Shown in pieces: positions 1 through 7,279 of a DNA stretch of 31,563 bases (positions are counted from its first letter, which is position 1; every line of letters begins with the position of its first letter). Made by a program: the position numbers and the translations under genes. Source of the stretch: Gaiellaceae bacterium (GTDB lineage Bacteria > Actinomycetota > Thermoleophilia > Gaiellales > Gaiellaceae). Under the pieces are notes generated by a model that was not told the DNA's origin, did no database searches, and was given only the letters and a program-made list of their open reading frames with translations. The stretch covers positions 1 to 31,563 of the forward strand of contig JBOHAK010000271.1 in NCBI GenBank assembly GCA_050697795.1. Reading direction: 5' to 3'.

Positions 1-872
1 GCGTAGGCGGCGAGCGCCGCCCGTCCCCGCGCGCGGGCGGCGGCCGCGGGGCGCGTGGCCGTCTCATAGCCGAGCTCGGCGAGCAGGTCGCCCGCCACCG
101 CCTCAAAGGCCGTCACGTCCTCAGGCGCCATGTCCTCGCGCCAGTCGCGCACGCCCGGGGTCGGCGCCTGCCGCAGGCGCTGCTGGTGCGGCTTCGCCGA
201 GACGTCCACGGTGCCCTCGTACTCGAGCATGGCCGGCTCGTACGGCAGGCCGGCGAAGGCGCAGATCCGTTCGACGACGGCCGCTGAGTCCGCGACGAGC
301 TCCTCGTAGCTGACCTCGAGGTAGCGCTTCCCCACGCGGCCGCCGAGCGCTTGCGCGGCGCGCACCTCGCTCCTCCACTGGCAGGCGAAGCCGCCGGGCG
401 TACGCGGGTGCCCCCAGCTCTCCGTCACGATCCCGCGCGGCATGGCGAGGAAGGAGAGCCCGGCATCGCGCCCGTCGCGCACGAGGTGGACGTAGCGCGC
501 CGTCGGGAAGAGCCGCTCCAGGAGCGGCAGGTGCTGCATGTACATCGGCGTCTTGTCGCCCCAGCGGGACTTGCCTAGGCCGTCCGCGTAGGCCTCGTAG
601 ACGGCGCCCACGGCCTCGCCGAGGCCCATCCCCGGGCGGAGGCGCGGCCGCACCGCGTCGGCGGAGACGCCCCACTCGCGCAGCGTGGGCAGCCGCCGTA
701 GGTCGTCGACGAACCCGTCGGCGTCGATCCGCCCGCCGTGGCGGTCGGCCAGCTGCGGCACGAAGTACGACTCGTCCGGAACGGCCAGCTCGGAGTGCCG
801 GTCGAGGACGACCCGGAGGAGCGTCGTCCCCGAGCGGCGCACGCCGAGCACGAGCAGCGGCGGCGCGCTCAC
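1..872 (-). CDS. Sulfotransferase family protein (3' end runs off the window)
   Basis: Absent from the ORF track; translated by hand. GTG at 872 overlaps the TGA of the upstream ORF. MSAPPLLVLGVRRSGTTLL carries the 5'-PSB loop; also WGDKTPMY, YVHLVRDGRD (3'-PB motif) and C-terminal RDWREDM...AGDLLAELGY. Confidence 0.9.
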   Translation of the reverse strand, partial: MSAPPLLVLGVRRSGTTLLRVVLDRHSELAVPDESYFVPQLADRHGGRIDADGFVDDLRRLPTLREWGVSADAVRPRLRPGMGLGEAVGAVYEAYADGLGKSRWGDKTPMYMQHLPLLERLFPTARYVHLVRDGRDAGLSFLAMPRGIVTESWGHPRTPGGFACQWRSEVRAAQALGGRVGKRYLEVSYEELVADSAAVVERICAFAGLPYEPAMLEYEGTVDVSAKPHQQRLRQAPTPGVRDWREDMAPEDVTAFEAVAGDLLAELGYETATRPAAAARARGRAALAAY

Positions 873-1576
873 CTCGGGCCGGCGATGACGGCGACGTCCG
901 TCGAGGCCGTCGGCTCCGAGCGGTTGCCGGCGCGATCCTCCACGACCAGCGAGACCGAGTAGAGGCCGGGCGGGAGCAGCGCGCGGCGCACCCGGCCCCC
1001 CCAGACGACCGTGCTGCGGCCGGGCGCCCGCTCCCCGCCCCCGGCGGCGGGCTCGCCGTCCACGAGCAGGATCGGCCGGCCGAACTCGTTCGTCTCGTAG
1101 GCGAGCTCGATCTTCTCGCCCCGTGCGAGCGTCGTTCTCGAGACGCCGAGCAGCCGCGCCCGCGACGGGACGGTGTCCACGTGGACGTCCACCGGGATGA
1201 CGATCGTGCGGCGCTCGTCGCGCATGCGGACGCGGACGCGGTAGTCGCCGTCGGGCACGACCCGGCCGGCCTCGTCCCGCCCGTCCCATTCCAGCTCGAC
1301 CGTGCCCCTCTCCTCCTCGGATGCCGTGAGCAGGGTCCGCACGAAGTCCCCGCCGACGTCGACGATCGTCGCGTCGAGCCGCTCGGGCTGCCTCAGCCGG
1401 AAGGTCAGCCGCGTCGTCTCGCGCGGACACTCGCACTCCGGCGAGAGCCAACGTTCGAAGAAGCGGGCGGTGCCGACGGGCGAGCGCTCGAGCTTGAGCT
1501 TCTGCGTGTACGTGAACGCGGCCACGCTGCCGACGAGGAGCGTGACGGCCAGCACGGTCATACCGGGGCGTCGCAC
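869..1576 (-). CDS. Secreted or membrane-anchored protein with FlgD Ig-like domain(s)
   Basis: N-terminal hydrophobic segment. WDGRDEAGRVVPDGDYRV is a FlgD_ig signature and WGGRVRRALLPPGLYSV is a second degenerate copy. Start could be the ATG at 1561. Confidence 0.7.
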   Translation of the reverse strand: MRRPGMTVLAVTLLVGSVAAFTYTQKLKLERSPVGTARFFERWLSPECECPRETTRLTFRLRQPERLDATIVDVGGDFVRTLLTASEEERGTVELEWDGRDEAGRVVPDGDYRVRVRMRDERRTIVIPVDVHVDTVPSRARLLGVSRTTLARGEKIELAYETNEFGRPILLVDGEPAAGGGERAPGRSTVVWGGRVRRALLPPGLYSVSLVVEDRAGNRSEPTASTDVAVIAGPR

Positions 1577-1623
1577 GACCCGCGAATTCTAAGGACGGCG
1601 GCGCCCGTGCCCCTTCAGGGGCA

Positions 1624-2397
1624 CTAGATGGTCGCCAGGCGCAGGCCCGCGGCGAGGAGCACGAGGCCGAGCGCGACCCGGATCGCGCGCTCGGGCAGGC
1701 GGACCGTCCACTGGCTCCCGATCAGGATCCCCGGGATCGACCCGAGCGCCAGCCAGCCGGTCGCGGCGAGGTCGACGTTGTCCGCCGAGAGGTGCGCGAG
1801 CCCGGCGGCCCAGAGGAGGACGGCCGCGTGGAAGATGTCAGTCCCGACGACCTTGGCGGCCGTCAACGGGAAGAGCAGGAGGAGCATGAGCGCGAAGAAG
1901 GTCCCGCTCCCCACCGACGTGAGGCCGAGGACGAAGCCGCCGAGGACGCCGCCCGTGAGCGCGATGGCGCGGTCGCGCCCGGTGAGCCGGTACGGGCGGT
2001 CGTCCGGCTCGCGCCGGTGGACGAACGTCTTCAGCAGGAAGCCCGTACCGCCCAGGATGAGGGCGACACCGAGGATGCGAGTGGTGACGTCGTTCAGATC
2101 CTCGCCGTAGATGTCCTTGAGGAGCTCGATCATGTAGACGCCGGCGAGCGAAGCGGGCACCGAGCCGAGGGCGACCCAGAAGGCGAGCCGGGCGTGCACG
2201 TGACCGAGCACGCGGTGCCGCGCCGCCCCGATGGTCTTGAAGATGGCGCCGTGCAGGATGTCCGTCCCCACGGCGAGCACGACGTTGAAGTCGAAGACGA
2301 GCACGAGGATGGGCGTCATCAGCGACCCGCCGCCCATCCCCGTCATGCCGACCAGGAGCCCGATCAGGAGCCCCGTGAGGCTCAGCTCCCACGTCAC
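1624..2397 (-). CDS. TauE/SafE family sulfite/sulfonate exporter
   Basis: GMTGMGGGSLMTP, AVGTD, GLTSVGSG and VVGTD motifs; multiple TM helices with internal duplication. Confidence 0.9.
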   Translation of the reverse strand: MTWELSLTGLLIGLLVGMTGMGGGSLMTPILVLVFDFNVVLAVGTDILHGAIFKTIGAARHRVLGHVHARLAFWVALGSVPASLAGVYMIELLKDIYGEDLNDVTTRILGVALILGGTGFLLKTFVHRREPDDRPYRLTGRDRAIALTGGVLGGFVLGLTSVGSGTFFALMLLLLFPLTAAKVVGTDIFHAAVLLWAAGLAHLSADNVDLAATGWLALGSIPGILIGSQWTVRLPERAIRVALGLVLLAAGLRLATI

Positions 2398-2426
2398 GCG
2401 CGCGACCTCACGTCGCTCCCGGGCTG

Positions 2427-3563
2427 CTAGCTGCGGTAGGCCTCGATGAGGATTTCCGCCACCTCGGGGCGCGTGAACTCCTCGGGCGGGAGCTCACCGC
2501 CCGCGAGCAGCTCGCGCACCTTCGTCCCCGAGAGGAAGACGTGGTCGTCGCCGCCGTGCGGGCACGTCTTCGCGGTCGCCATCTGCCCGCAGGCCTTGCA
2601 CCAGAAGGAGTGCTCGAAGAACATCGGCTCGACGTCGAGCTCGTGCGGCTCGAACTCGTCGAAGATGAGCTGCGCGTCGTAGGTGCCGTAGTAGCTGCCG
2701 ACGCCGGCGTGGTCGCGGCCGACGATGAAGTGCGAGCAGCCGTAGTTCTTGCGGCAGATCGCGTGCCAGATCGCCTCGCGCGGCCCCGCGTAGCGCATCG
2801 CCGCCGGGAAGGCCGAGACGACGACGCGGTCGGCCGGGTAGTAGTCGCGGACGAGGACGTCGTAGGCCTGCACGCGCGTCGCGGCGGGCACGTCGTCCGA
2901 CTTCGTCTCGCCGACGAGCGGGTGGATGAGGAGCCCGTCGACCGTCTCGAGCGCGCATTTGGTCAGGTACTCGTGCGCCCGGTGGATGGGGTTGCGGGTC
3001 TGGAAGCCGACCACGCGCTTCCAGCCGCGCTCGGCGAAGAGCGCCCGCGTGTCGGCCGGATCCCGGTGCAGCTCGGGGAAGCCCGGCTCGAGCCGCTCGA
3101 ACACGGTGACTGCGCCCGCGAGGTACTGCTCGTGCTGCGCGTAGAGCCGCGCGACGCCCGGATGCTCGCCGTCGGTCGTGCGGAAGCAGCGCTCCGCCTC
3201 GCGCTCCTTGTCGTAGGCGTAAACCTCCTCGACGTCGAGGACGGCGAGCGCGCGCCCGCTCTCGTCGGCCAGCGCCACGCGGTCGCCTGCGGGCGCCTCC
3301 TTCACGGCGAGGCAGACGGGCAGCGCCCAGGGGAGGTCGTCGGCGAGCCGCATGGACTCGACGACGCTCTCGTAGTCCTCCCTGCCCATGAAGCCGCGGA
3401 GCGGGGAGAGCGCGCCCGAGGCGAGCATGTCGAGGTCGGAGAGCTCACGCGAGGTGAGCGTGACGACCTCGAGCGAGTCGAGGCCGGCGGGACGCTCGCC
3501 CGCGCGCGGCGCGAGCTCGCCGCCGTGCGGGGCGATCAGGCCGGTAGTGATGACGGCGCTCAC
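2427..3563 (-). CDS. sat: Sulfate adenylyltransferase (ATP sulfurylase, Sat type)
   Basis: [42 protein letters not shown], Zn site CKAC...CPH, SGTKVR. Confidence 0.97.
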   Translation of the reverse strand: MSAVITTGLIAPHGGELAPRAGERPAGLDSLEVVTLTSRELSDLDMLASGALSPLRGFMGREDYESVVESMRLADDLPWALPVCLAVKEAPAGDRVALADESGRALAVLDVEEVYAYDKEREAERCFRTTDGEHPGVARLYAQHEQYLAGAVTVFERLEPGFPELHRDPADTRALFAERGWKRVVGFQTRNPIHRAHEYLTKCALETVDGLLIHPLVGETKSDDVPAATRVQAYDVLVRDYYPADRVVVSAFPAAMRYAGPREAIWHAICRKNYGCSHFIVGRDHAGVGSYYGTYDAQLIFDEFEPHELDVEPMFFEHSFWCKACGQMATAKTCPHGGDDHVFLSGTKVRELLAGGELPPEEFTRPEVAEILIEAYRS

Positions 3564-4159
3564 GCGCGCACCTCCGCTTCGACGAGGCCGAGCTCCTCGA
3601 GCTTCTGGACGACGATCTGGGCGCTCTCCTCCGGGCTCTGCGCGTCGGTGTCGACGACGATCTCCGGGCTCTCCGGCGCCTCGTACGGATCATCGACGCC
3701 GGTGAAGCCCTTGATCTCGCCGGCGTAGGCCTTGGCATAGAGACCGTTGGTGTCGCGCCTCGCGCACTCCTCGACCGACGCGTTTACGTAGACCTCGACG
3801 AACGGCCCGAACTGCTCTACCAGGTCACGCGCCTTCTGGCGCGTCTCGATGTAGGGCGAGATGGCGGCGGTGATGGCGGTGCCGCCGTGGCGCGTGATGC
3901 GCGAAGCGACCCAGCCAATTCGCTCGATGTTCGTGTCGCGGTCTTCCTTCGAGAAGCCGAGGCCCTTCGAGAGATGCGTGCGAATCGTGTCGCCGTCGAG
4001 GTACTCGACGACGTGACCGCGCTCGTCGAGCGCTGGGCCGACCAGGTGCGCGATCGTGGTCTTGCCAGAGCCCGAGAGTCCGGTGAACCAGAGCGTGAAC
4101 CCGCCGCCGCGGGCGCGCTCGGACTCGGGGTGCTCGTGGGCGAAGATGTTGTCGGTCAT
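3560..4159 (-). CDS. cysC: Adenylyl-sulfate (APS) kinase
   Basis: True start is the ATG at 4159 (ATGA overlap with the cysH stop); the ORF track over-extends it. [13 protein letters not shown]-loop, [26 protein letters not shown]. Confidence 0.95.
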   Translation of the reverse strand: MTDNIFAHEHPESERARGGGFTLWFTGLSGSGKTTIAHLVGPALDERGHVVEYLDGDTIRTHLSKGLGFSKEDRDTNIERIGWVASRITRHGGTAITAAISPYIETRQKARDLVEQFGPFVEVYVNASVEECARRDTNGLYAKAYAGEIKGFTGVDDPYEAPESPEIVVDTDAQSPEESAQIVVQKLEELGLVEAEVRA

Positions 4160-4863
4160 CGGTCTCCTTCTGCGACTTGCGTGTTGGTGTGGATGCCGCA
4201 CTCCAGCTTGTCGGAGCCGGCCCAGCGGCCTGCGCGCTCCTCCTCGTCGGGGCGCGTCGGGCGGGTGCAGGGCATGCAGCCGATCGAGCGGTAGCCGGCG
4301 TCGTGCAGCGGGTTGTACGGGATCTCGTTTCCCATGATGTAGCGCCAAACGTCCTTCTCCGTCCAGTCCGCGAGCGGCTGGACCTTCCAGACGCCGTAGC
4401 GATCCGAGCGCTCCACCTTGCGTGCGCCCGCCCGTGAGGGCGACTGCTCGCGGCGGATGCCGGAGACCCACGCATCGTACGGCTCCAGCGCCTGGAGGAG
4501 CGGCTCGACCTTGCGGATGTGGCAGCAGCGGTCGGGATTCGTCTCCCAGAGATTCGGCCCCTCGTCCTTGTGCTGCTCCGCGATCGTGAGGACGTCGGGG
4601 ACGATCAGGTTGAGCCCGTAGCGCTCGACGAGCCGCTCGCGCGTCTCGTACGTCTCCTTGAAGAAGAGGTGCGTGTCGAGCTCGACGATGTCGACGTCGA
4701 GCCCGAGCTCCGAGACCATGTGCACGAGCACGGACGACTGCTTCTGCCACGAGCACGAGAGGCAGAGCCGCTCGCCGAACTCGTCGTAGGCCCAGCGCAT
4801 GACGTCCTCCGCGGGCAGGGCGTCGATCTCGGTCTCAGTCAGCGACAGGCGCAGGCTCGTCAC
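4156..4863 (-). CDS. cysH: Thioredoxin-dependent APS/PAPS reductase, [4Fe-4S] type
   Basis: [11 protein letters not shown] plus SIGCMPCT (CC...CxxC cluster motif), GIRREQS, ERAGRW, C-terminal ECGIH; GGAGG upstream of the GTG. Confidence 0.95.
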   Translation of the reverse strand: MTSLRLSLTETEIDALPAEDVMRWAYDEFGERLCLSCSWQKQSSVLVHMVSELGLDVDIVELDTHLFFKETYETRERLVERYGLNLIVPDVLTIAEQHKDEGPNLWETNPDRCCHIRKVEPLLQALEPYDAWVSGIRREQSPSRAGARKVERSDRYGVWKVQPLADWTEKDVWRYIMGNEIPYNPLHDAGYRSIGCMPCTRPTRPDEEERAGRWAGSDKLECGIHTNTQVAEGDR

Positions 4864-5638
4864 GCAGCAGCACCTCCCTGAGGGTGTCGGCTCGGAGCCC
4901 GAGGCGCAGGGTCTCGAGCGGGACGACCTCCTCCGGCGGGATGTTGCCGAGGTTCACCTCCGGGCCGAGCGTGCGCACGAACCAGGCCTGGGCCGCCTTC
5001 TGCGGCGCCTCGAAGAGGATGTCCGAGAGCTCGATCTCGTGGACGATCTCGTCGATGAGGCCGGTGCGCATCTCGCCGGTGGGCCGGTAGATCCCGGCGG
5101 TGCCGCCCTCACGGCCTTCGGTGATGACCTTCCACGCGCCCGCTTCGAGGTCCTCGCGCATCCACTCGACCCACTGATACGGCGCGTAGACCACTTGCTC
5201 GTCCTTGGAGCCGACCTCCGAGAGGACGACGAAGTCCTGCGCGAGCTCCGCGATGAGCTCGAGCTTGCGCTCGCGCGGCAGGTCGATCGTGCCGTCGGAG
5301 ACCTCGATGTGCGTGAGGCGGTTCTCCGTCAGCCAGCTGCGGTACTCGTCGAGCTTCCCGCGCGCCACGACGGCCTCGAAGAGCGTGCCGCCGCAGACGA
5401 CGGGCGTGTCGAAGGAGCGGTAGAGCGCGATCTTCTTCTCGAGGTTGCGGGTCACGTACGACGTGCCCCAGCCGAGCTTGACGATGTCCACGTAGTCGCC
5501 GGCGGTGTCGAAGAGCCCTTCGATGTCGCGCAGGTTCATCCCCTTGTCCATCACGTGCGTGAGCCCGCGCGTTCGCGGCTTCGGCGAGCGCGCCGGGACG
5601 TCGAGGAAGCCGTTGAAGCCGGCGTCAGAGACGGGCAT
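4835..5638 (-). CDS. comA: (2R)-phospho-3-sulfolactate synthase
   Basis: KPRTRGLTHVMDKG, VKLGWGT, GGTLFE, IEVSDGT, SEVGSK, EGREGG, FEAP, NLGNI, LETLRLGLRADT. Confidence 0.95.
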   Translation of the reverse strand: MPVSDAGFNGFLDVPARSPKPRTRGLTHVMDKGMNLRDIEGLFDTAGDYVDIVKLGWGTSYVTRNLEKKIALYRSFDTPVVCGGTLFEAVVARGKLDEYRSWLTENRLTHIEVSDGTIDLPRERKLELIAELAQDFVVLSEVGSKDEQVVYAPYQWVEWMREDLEAGAWKVITEGREGGTAGIYRPTGEMRTGLIDEIVHEIELSDILFEAPQKAAQAWFVRTLGPEVNLGNIPPEEVVPLETLRLGLRADTLREVLLRDEPAPVAD

Positions 5639-6209
5639 AGATGTCCTCCAGTCGCTTCTGGGCCTGGGCCTGGACGTCGTGGTAGAGCGAGCTGCCGTGC
5701 GAGTCGATGGCGACGGTGAGCGGGCCGAAGTCCTTGACGCGGAACTTCCAGAGGCACTCGGGCATGAGCTCCTCCCAGTAGACCTCCTCGATCTCCTCGA
5801 TCTGCGTGGTCTCGAGGGCCGCCGCGCCGCCGACGATGGCGAAGTAGACCATCCCGTAGCGGCGCATGGGCTCGATCGCCTCGTCGGGCAGGCCGCCCTT
5901 GCCGCAGATGGCGCGCACGCCGTGGTCGCGGCCGAGCGGCTCCGTGAAGCGCACCATGCGCGCGCTCGTCGTCGTGCCGATGCAGACCTTCTCGTAGCGG
6001 CCCTCGCCGACCTTGCGGACGCCCGGGGCCGTGTGCAGGAGGAAGGCGCCGCTCAGGTCGAGCGGCGGCTCGACCCCCTGGTCGAAGATGCGGATCTGCG
6101 TGCGGTCGCGGATCCCGACGATGTGGCCGTCCACGGTGACGGAGTCCCCGGCGCGCAGCTCGCGGACCTGCTCCTCGGAGGCGGGGAAGGTGACGCGGTG
6201 CTCCGTCAT
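5625..6209 (-). CDS. Class I Fe-S hydro-lyase beta subunit (fumarase C-terminal/TtdB-like)
   Basis: LRAGD.V, RD, TTSARM, GKGG, GGAAA, MPE..W...VKDFGPLTVAIDSHG; GAGGAG RBS 7 nt upstream. Confidence 0.9.
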   Translation of the reverse strand: MTEHRVTFPASEEQVRELRAGDSVTVDGHIVGIRDRTQIRIFDQGVEPPLDLSGAFLLHTAPGVRKVGEGRYEKVCIGTTTSARMVRFTEPLGRDHGVRAICGKGGLPDEAIEPMRRYGMVYFAIVGGAAALETTQIEEIEEVYWEELMPECLWKFRVKDFGPLTVAIDSHGSSLYHDVQAQAQKRLEDIYARL

Positions 6210-6385
6210 GCCATGGCTCCTCGGGCCGTGCCGGGGTCAGACCCCGTCGTGTCTGGAGTGGACGAGGGTGGAAGCCCGCTTGCAGGCAGGCTGCGGACGC
6301 CGACGTCACTGACGGCCACGCCCGCGGCGGGCATGCCGGGGTCAGACCCCGCCATGTGCGGATGGGTCACGTCCGTGTCCTCCAT
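6206..6385 (-). CDS. Repeat-derived 59-aa mini-ORF (two GSDP motifs) bridging the hydro-lyase subunits
   Basis: Its ATG overlaps the alpha-subunit stop (TGATG) and its TGA overlaps the beta-subunit ATG (ATGA). Low-complexity peptide MEDTDV...GSDPG...GSDPG...MA. Confidence 0.4.
   Translation of the reverse strand: MEDTDVTHPHMAGSDPGMPAAGVAVSDVGVRSLPASGLPPSSTPDTTGSDPGTARGAMA
6227..6357. repeat. Two REP-like palindromic direct repeats (core CGGGGTC-A-GACCCCG)
   Basis: 6227-6252 and 6332-6357 are 23/26 identical and 105 nt apart. Each has a perfect 15-nt odd palindrome (6232-6246, 6337-6351). Confidence 0.85.
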
Positions 6386-7278
6386 CAGGCCTCCCGGTCG
6401 TAGTCGACGTCGCCGTCCGCGCCGACGTGCGCGGTCGCGCGCCGCGCCGCCCAGCACTGGTAGTTGACGGCCACGGGGTTGAGGGTCATGTGCGTGTCGG
6501 CGTGCTCGACGTGGCACTGGAGGACGGTGACGTCGCCGCCCAGGCCCATCGGGCCGATGCCCGTCTGGTTGAGGAGATCCTTCAGCTCGTCCTCGAGCTG
6601 CGCGACGAGCGGGTCGGGGTTGCGCGTGCCGACCGGCCGCGCGATCGCCTCCTTGGCGAGGTGCATCGCGTAGTCGGCCGAGCCGCCGATCCCGACGCCG
6701 ACGATCCCGGGCGGGCACGGCTTGCCGCCCGCGCCCACGATCGACTCGAGCACGAACTTCTTGATCCCGGCCACGCCGTCGGCGGGCACGCACATCTTCA
6801 GGAAGCTCATGTTCTCGGAGCCCGAGCCCTTGGGCACGCACTTCACGTCGAGCCCGTCCCAGTCCGAGACGAAGTCCCAGTGGACGATCGGGACGCGGTG
6901 GCCGACGTTCTGGCCGGTGTTCTCGCGCGTGAGCGTGTGGACGGTGTTCGAGCGCAGCGGATGCTCAACGGTCGCGCGCTCCGTGCCGTCGTAGAGCGCC
7001 TGGTAGATGCGGGCCGGGTGGAGCGGGAAATGCTCCCCGACCCGGCAGTAGTAGACGGCGATGCCGGTGTCCTGGCAGACGAGGTTTCGCTCCTCCTCGG
7101 CGACGGTGACGTTTTTCAGGATCGTCTGCAGGACCCGCTGGCCGGGCACAGAGGTCTCCGTCGCGGCGGCGTCGGCCAGCGCGTCGCGGAGGTCCTGCGG
7201 GATGTCCTTGAGCGCCCAGACGTAGAGGTGCGCGGCGGCGTCCTCGACGACCTTCTGGAGATCGGTGGCGACGGCCAA
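6385..7278 (-). CDS. Class I Fe-S hydro-lyase alpha subunit (fumarase N-terminal/TtdA-like)
   Basis: CQDTG, PLRSN, KGSGSEN, KPCPP, GVGIGG, GIGPMGLGG, THMT, QCWAARR (three Cys cluster ligands); TTG start after GAGGAG. Confidence 0.92.
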   Translation of the reverse strand: MAVATDLQKVVEDAAAHLYVWALKDIPQDLRDALADAAATETSVPGQRVLQTILKNVTVAEEERNLVCQDTGIAVYYCRVGEHFPLHPARIYQALYDGTERATVEHPLRSNTVHTLTRENTGQNVGHRVPIVHWDFVSDWDGLDVKCVPKGSGSENMSFLKMCVPADGVAGIKKFVLESIVGAGGKPCPPGIVGVGIGGSADYAMHLAKEAIARPVGTRNPDPLVAQLEDELKDLLNQTGIGPMGLGGDVTVLQCHVEHADTHMTLNPVAVNYQCWAARRATAHVGADGDVDYDREA

Positions 7279-7279
7279 A

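Noticed and set aside
4835..5638. Canonical coenzyme M biosynthesis
   Set aside because: No comB/C/DE, no Xcb-type aspartase-superfamily or PLP enzymes, and no alkene-metabolism genes in the window.
6227..6357. Mini CRISPR array
   Set aside because: Only two repeats with a 79-nt spacer, no cas genes and no leader.
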